NCBI GenBank assembly: GCA_046538155.1
Contig: JBKHJL010000021.1
Coordinates: 1-20,160 of the forward strand
Direction of reading: 5' to 3'
Length of the DNA stretch: 20,160 nucleotides
From: Candidatus Micrarchaeia archaeon
Lineage (GTDB): Archaea; Micrarchaeota; Micrarchaeia; Anstonellales; Bilamarchaeaceae
Each line of letters begins with the position of its first letter. Positions within the stretch are counted from its first letter, which is position 1. Made by a program: the position numbers and the translations under genes. Positions 15,579 to 20,160 of this stretch are shown here, piece after piece. The notes under the pieces are model-generated. The model was given only the letters and a program-made list of their open reading frames with translations, did no database searches and was not told the origin of the DNA.

Positions 15579-15622
15579 GGGGGGCGCGCCGAAGAGGCCG
15601 CCCTCCAGTTTTTCTTGTTTTT
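15579..15622 (+). terminator. GC-rich hairpin plus U-tract terminator after the small ORF
   Basis: GGGGGGCG(C)GCC-GAAGA-GGCCGCCCTCC forms an 11-bp stem with one bulge and one G-U pair, followed by AG-TTTTTCTTGTTTTT. Confidence 0.65.
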
Positions 15623-15624
15623 GG

Positions 15625-15640
15625 GCGAGCTTTTTAAACT
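15625..15640 (+). promoter_or_regulatory. Putative promoter of infB
   Basis: GCGAGCTTTTTAAACT about 22 nt upstream of ATG 15662 (leaderless geometry); resembles GCGAGCCTTTAAAT at 15375. Confidence 0.55.
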
Positions 15641-15661
15641 AATTTGAACATATCTCCTCCT

Positions 15662-17404
15662 ATGTCTGCTGTCCGCTCCCCCATACTTGTTTTGTTGGGG
15701 CATGTTGACCACGGGAAAACAACTCTTCTTGACAGGGTGAGGGGCAGCGCTGTTGCTTCCAAGGAGGCAGGTAAGATAACCCAGATGATTGGGGCAAGCT
15801 ATCTTCCCACTTCCGTGATAAAAAATATTTCATCTTCTATAAAAAACATCATGGATACAAAGCTTGTGATTCCCGGCCTGCTTTTTATAGATACTCCGGG
15901 CCATGAGGCATTTACCAATCTCCGTGAGAGGGGGGGCTCACTTGCAGATATGGCCGTGCTTGTTGTTGATGCCACCCAGGGCTTCCAGCCCCAGACAAGG
16001 GAAAGCATAAAGATTCTGAAGCATTGCAAAACCCCCTTTGTTGTTGCGGCAAACAAAATTGACCTTATCCACGGATGGAAAAAACAGGATACTAATTCTT
16101 TCCTGAAATCCTTCCGGATGCAGCCGGAGCACGTGCAAAAGCTCATGGATGAGAAGGTTTATACGATGATGGGGCAGCTTTCTGAAGAGGGCTTTGACTG
16201 CGAGCGCTTTGACCGAATGTCCGATTTCACAAAACAGATTGCAATCGTTCCCATAAGCTCCAAGAGCGGAGAGGGCCTTGCCGAGCTTCTGCTCCTGATT
16301 TCCGGAATGAGCCAGAAATATCTTGAAAAGCGGCTCCACATAACGGGGGAACTTGCAAAGGGCTCGGTTATAGAAGTAAAGGATGAGAGAGGAATGGGGA
16401 CCACCCTGGATGTTGTCCTCTATGATGGGGAGCTTGCCCAGGGGGATGATATAATATTTCTTACACGGGGCGGTGCTAGGAAAACAAAGGTCCGCGCACT
16501 GCTCGAGCCCAATCTGTCTCCCCGCAACCCCCAGGAAAAATACATAAATCTGAAAAAAGTCGTGGCTGCTGCAGGGGTAAAAATTGTCGCCCCCTCTCTT
16601 GAAGGGGCAATTCCTGGTTCTCCTTTTGTGCAGGTTTCGGATTTTGAAGCCCAGAAAAAAGAGATGGAAACCCACCTAAGTGAAGTGCTCCTGGATTCCA
16701 GTGAGGATGGAGTGGTGGTTAAGGCGGATTCTCTGGGCAGCGCTGAAGCAATCCTCAACCTTTTCCAGAAGCATGGAATCCCGGTAAAGCGCAGCGGGAT
16801 TGGCCCGGTCACCAAAAAAGACATACTCACAGCACATGCTGTTTCCGAATCTGACCGCTACAAGGGCGTTGTTTTTGGATTCAACGTAAAAGTGCTTGAT
16901 GAGGCACGCACCGAGTCTTCAAATTCCGGAGTCCCCCTCATCTGGAGCAGGGTTGTGTACAAGCTTGTTGAGGAATATGGGGAATGGGTTGAGGAGGAAA
17001 AACAGAAGGAAAGGAAGCAGCTTGAAAGCTCGCTTCCCTGGCCCGCCCGCCTGAAAGTTCTTCCCGGATGCATTTTCCGGCTTTCCAAGCCCGCAGTTTT
17101 CGGGGTTGAAATCCTTGAAGGCCGCCTTCGCAAGGGCTCTTCCCTGATGGATGAATCCGGCAAGGTTCTTGGCGAGGTTAAGAATATCCAGGCTGAGGGG
17201 AATTCGATTGAGGAGGCAGAGAAGAAGGCCCAGGTTGCAATCTCTTCCCCCCAGGTAATCATGAACAAGGATGTGCATGAAAGGGATATTCTCTATGTTG
17301 CAATGAACAGGAAGCAGGTTTTTGCATGGGAAGAGCGGAAGGATTCTCTCTCCGATGAGGAGCAGGAGATTCTTGAAAAAATAAGAAAGATTGTTATTTT
17401 CTGA
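15662..17404 (+). CDS. infB: Translation initiation factor IF-2 (aIF5B)
   Basis: RSPI...LGHVDHGKTTLLD, ITQ.IGA, IDTPGHEAFTNLRERGGSLAD, NKID, VKADSLGS.EA, FR.SKPAVFGVEIL.G; no intein evident. Confidence 0.97.
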   Translation: MSAVRSPILVLLGHVDHGKTTLLDRVRGSAVASKEAGKITQMIGASYLPTSVIKNISSSIKNIMDTKLVIPGLLFIDTPGHEAFTNLRERGGSLADMAVLVVDATQGFQPQTRESIKILKHCKTPFVVAANKIDLIHGWKKQDTNSFLKSFRMQPEHVQKLMDEKVYTMMGQLSEEGFDCERFDRMSDFTKQIAIVPISSKSGEGLAELLLLISGMSQKYLEKRLHITGELAKGSVIEVKDERGMGTTLDVVLYDGELAQGDDIIFLTRGGARKTKVRALLEPNLSPRNPQEKYINLKKVVAAAGVKIVAPSLEGAIPGSPFVQVSDFEAQKKEMETHLSEVLLDSSEDGVVVKADSLGSAEAILNLFQKHGIPVKRSGIGPVTKKDILTAHAVSESDRYKGVVFGFNVKVLDEARTESSNSGVPLIWSRVVYKLVEEYGEWVEEEKQKERKQLESSLPWPARLKVLPGCIFRLSKPAVFGVEILEGRLRKGSSLMDESGKVLGEVKNIQAEGNSIEEAEKKAQVAISSPQVIMNKDVHERDILYVAMNRKQVFAWEERKDSLSDEEQEILEKIRKIVIF

Positions 17405-17489
17405 AAAAGGGACCCTTGAGCTGCCCATCTTCCCGGACATAACCAAAGAATTACAGGATGCCTTGGCTGCCTCCTCTGTTCAACACGGT

Positions 17490-18410
17490 TTATTTTTCTG
17501 AGCGGTTCTCCAGTTCTGCCTTTCTTTCCTGGTCCACTTTTTCTTTCCAGAGCAGCCGGTCCCACTTCTCATCCACGAGTGCCTGTATTTCCCCGATATC
17601 CTGTTCATTCAGGTGCTTGAACCTTTTCTGCCCCTTCAGGTAGGTTTCCACCGGCTTTCTTTCCGGCTTCATGTTCAGCTTGAGGAAACCGCCTTCTATT
17701 TCATAAACCGGCCACACATGGGTGTCCACAGCATCTTTCAGGTACTGCATGCTCAGGGCAGGTTTTGTTCCCCAGCCGGGCACGCAGGTCATTAGCACGT
17801 TCAGGAATTTCGGCCCCTTTATTGAAAGTGCTTTTTTTACTTTTTGCTGGAGGTCTGTGTAATGGGCGCTTGTTGATGTTGCTGCGTAGGGTATACCGTG
17901 CGCTGCAGCTATTTCCGTAAGCGGCTTCTTGAACTGTTGCTTGCCCCTTCTCTCGCTCCCTACCTGGGAGGTGGTTGTATACGCTTTCCATGGAGTTGCC
18001 CCGCTTCTCTGCACTCCTGTGTTCATGTATGCTTCATTATCATATGAGATGTAAAGTACATCATGGCCCCTTTCCATCATCCCTGAGAGGTGGCCAAAGC
18101 CAATGTCATAGCTTGCCCCGTCTCCTGAAATCACAACAACTTTTGTATGGTCATTTCCCTGTGCCCTGAGCGATTCAACAACTCCTGCAGCAACCGGCGC
18201 TGAATTTTCAAACACGCAGTGTATGTACGGAACAGCCCAGGCACTTTTTGGGTAGGCAGTGGTGAATATTTCCACGCATCCTGTTGCATTCACGATTATG
18301 CAGTCTTCTCCAATCGCTTTCATTATGTGTCTTAGCCCGACTGCCACTCCGCATCCTGCGCAGGCAGTGTGCCCGCTCTTAAAAAGTTCTTTATTTTCCA
18401 GTTCGCTCAT
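17490..18410 (-). CDS. porB: Pyruvate/2-oxoacid:ferredoxin oxidoreductase beta subunit (TPP-binding)
   Basis: SGHTACAGCG, ATGC.E, FENSA, GDGASYDIGFG.LSG, DNEAYMNTGVQRS.ATP, C..GWG, YLK.QKRFKHL. Confidence 0.93.
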   Translation of the reverse strand: MSELENKELFKSGHTACAGCGVAVGLRHIMKAIGEDCIIVNATGCVEIFTTAYPKSAWAVPYIHCVFENSAPVAAGVVESLRAQGNDHTKVVVISGDGASYDIGFGHLSGMMERGHDVLYISYDNEAYMNTGVQRSGATPWKAYTTTSQVGSERRGKQQFKKPLTEIAAAHGIPYAATSTSAHYTDLQQKVKKALSIKGPKFLNVLMTCVPGWGTKPALSMQYLKDAVDTHVWPVYEIEGGFLKLNMKPERKPVETYLKGQKRFKHLNEQDIGEIQALVDEKWDRLLWKEKVDQERKAELENRSEK

Positions 18411-18411
18411 T

Positions 18412-19548
18412 TTACTCACCCCACACTATCTTGACCTGGCTTTCCTTGGCCTTTTCCATCATCTCTTCTATGTGCTCCACTGTTATGTCCTTTCCGCCGA
18501 GCCCCCCCATAAATGAGGAAAGCGGGGTTTCAACCTCCTTCTGTTTTGCAGCAGAAGAGAGTTCTGCATAAAGCGGTGCATCCGCACCCATGCTTACATC
18601 CTTTTCAAATACCGCAACTCCTTTTTTCCCCCTGAAAGTTTCCACAACTTCGTTAGGGAATGGCCGATAGCACCTTATCCGCACAAGCCCCGCTTTTTTC
18701 CCTTCTTTGCGCATTTTTTCAACTGCCAGCTCTGCATTCTCCATTACGCTTCCCATTCCCACAAAAAGGTATTCTGCATCTTCTGCATGGTACTCTTCCC
18801 AGAGCCCGTTTCCATATTTCCTTCCGGAGTGCTCCCCCCATGCTTCCATTTCCTTCTTCACATTTTCTTCTGCCTTAATCACATCTTTGTGCAGGTCCAT
18901 CCTGAATTCCTGGTAATGGGTTGGCATTGCATACATTCCCATGGTAATCGGGTTTTCCGGGTCCAGCTTGTATTCAGCATTTCTTTTCGGGAGGTATTTT
19001 TCAACCATTTCCTTTTCTGGTATGTCCACTTGCTCAACAAGATGGGTAAGGTAGAATCCGTCCATGCACACCATCACGGGTATGTTGGTTTCTTCCGAAA
19101 TCTTGAAGGCCTGCGGAACACTGTCCAGCACTTCCTGATTGTTTTTGCAGTAGATCTGAATCCACCCGGAGTCTCTCTCGCTTATTGTGTCCTGGTGGTC
19201 ATTCCAGATGCTCAATGGGGCGCTAAGCGACCTGTTTGCAGCCACAATCACCATCGGAAGCCTCATCCCTGCCGCTGCAAAAATCACTTCATGCATCAGG
19301 GCAATTCCCTGCGAATCCGTTGTGGTGAATGCCCTGCCTCCTGCAGCGCTTGCCCCCACAAGCATGGATATTGCCGAGAATTCGCTTTCAACTGCTGTGT
19401 AGCTTTTTATTTTCCCGTCTGTATACATTTTGTCCAGTTCTTCGGCAATGTGGGTTGAGGGGGTAATCGGGAAGCAGGCAACTACGTCCGGGCTGCAGTT
19501 CTTGACAACCTCTGCAACCGCAAAGCTCCCTTCCATCGTCTTTTTCAT
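18412..19548 (-). CDS. porA: Pyruvate/2-oxoacid:ferredoxin oxidoreductase alpha subunit
   Basis: FPITPST.I.E, VESEFSA, SQGIALMHE, NRSLSAPLSIWNDHQD, DGFYLTH, YRPFP, GGLGGKD; ATG 19548 with GGTGA RBS. Confidence 0.93.
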   Translation of the reverse strand: MKKTMEGSFAVAEVVKNCSPDVVACFPITPSTHIAEELDKMYTDGKIKSYTAVESEFSAISMLVGASAAGGRAFTTTDSQGIALMHEVIFAAAGMRLPMVIVAANRSLSAPLSIWNDHQDTISERDSGWIQIYCKNNQEVLDSVPQAFKISEETNIPVMVCMDGFYLTHLVEQVDIPEKEMVEKYLPKRNAEYKLDPENPITMGMYAMPTHYQEFRMDLHKDVIKAEENVKKEMEAWGEHSGRKYGNGLWEEYHAEDAEYLFVGMGSVMENAELAVEKMRKEGKKAGLVRIRCYRPFPNEVVETFRGKKGVAVFEKDVSMGADAPLYAELSSAAKQKEVETPLSSFMGGLGGKDITVEHIEEMMEKAKESQVKIVWGE

Positions 19549-19556
19549 AATATCAC

Positions 19557-19805
19557 CTATTTCTCCTCCGTCTCCATCTTTATGCATTTGACCGGGCACA
19601 CCTGCGCACAGATCCCGCATCCCTTGCAATAATCATAATTCGGCTTTGCGCCTTCTTCTGTTACGAATATGCATCCGTCGGGGCAGTTTAGCTGGCACTG
19701 CCCGCATTTTATACACTTTTCCCGGTCCACGACCGGCATCTCTGTTCTCCAGCTTCCTGTTTTGTTCTCCATGCTTTTTCCGGGTTTTCCGTTTGCCGGT
19801 TTCAT
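19557..19805 (-). CDS. porD: Pyruvate/2-oxoacid:ferredoxin oxidoreductase delta subunit (2[4Fe-4S])
   Basis: TGSWR...P and two ferredoxin motifs CIKCGQCQLNCP and YDYCKGCGICAQVCP. Confidence 0.93.
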   Translation of the reverse strand: MKPANGKPGKSMENKTGSWRTEMPVVDREKCIKCGQCQLNCPDGCIFVTEEGAKPNYDYCKGCGICAQVCPVKCIKMETEEK

Positions 19806-20160
19806 CTAATCACCAGTTAGCGTTTTTTCGCAGCAGCCCATCATCACATCTGCGTTTGTTTTTCCGAGTTTTTCCCCGAAATGCTCCATTACTTCTTCAA
19901 CCAGGCTCTCCATTTTCACCACTCCGGTTATTTTTGAGAGCGAGCCGAGCATTGCAGTGTTCACAATGGGTTTGCCTATTTTCTCCATGGCAACAGAAGT
20001 AGCATCAACCGTGTGCACACTGAAGTTGTCCCCCAGCTCCAGCTCCTCCGGATTTTTCCCTGTATTTATGATTACTTTTCCTCCTTCCTTAATGCCACCG
20101 GTGATGTCCACCGGTCCAATCAGGCTTGAGTCCAGCACGACTACCACGTCCGGCTTATAC
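19806..20160 (-). CDS. porG: Pyruvate/2-oxoacid:ferredoxin oxidoreductase gamma subunit, C-terminal part (start lies beyond the window)
   Basis: Frame open to the window edge: YKPDVVVVLD, G.KEGG.VIINT, VDAT.VA...IGKPIVNTAMLG. Confidence 0.9.
   Translation of the reverse strand, partial: YKPDVVVVLDSSLIGPVDITGGIKEGGKVIINTGKNPEELELGDNFSVHTVDATSVAMEKIGKPIVNTAMLGSLSKITGVVKMESLVEEVMEHFGEKLGKTNADVMMGCCEKTLTGD

Noticed and set aside
15488..15712. 74-aa minus-strand ORF in the trmB-infB gap
   Set aside because: Overlaps the infB start antisense and crosses the terminator and promoter; the plus-strand 44-aa ORF has much better signals
17407..17489. Possible SECIS element or selenoprotein recoding in the por operon
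   Set aside because: No in-frame TGA in the visible por genes, and the GAA bulge is on the wrong arm for an archaeal SECIS
15938..17565. Several 80-245 aa minus-strand ORFs within infB
   Set aside because: Antisense shadows of a well-conserved gene

Overview
Archaeal core-genome window; a DPANN lineage such as Micrarchaeota is suggested by the divergent r-proteins and Cys-rich surface proteins, but this is inference. Positions 1-9416 (minus) hold the canonical archaeal S10/spc ribosomal protein operon in the usual order: L3, L4, L23, L2, S19, L22, S3, L29, SUI1/aIF1, Rpp29, S17, L14, L24, S4e, L5, S14, S8, L6, L32e and partial L19e. Divergent from it are two cell-surface genes (a Cys-rich FN3/repeat lipoprotein and a membrane-anchored parallel beta-helix protein) and purP. 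A convergent TrmB-family regulator follows, then an unannotated 44-aa ORF with its own promoter, RBS and terminator, then aIF5B (infB), and a convergent pyruvate/2-oxoacid:ferredoxin oxidoreductase operon (gamma partial, delta, alpha, beta). No mobile elements, CRISPR arrays, tRNA or rRNA genes were seen. Main points of interest: the TrmB / small-ORF divergent module with palindromic operator candidates, the UUG start of SUI1 (possible autoregulation), a structured leader upstream of L3, a ~136-aa charged tail on L22, a Zn-motif-less S17 and the modular surface-protein pair.
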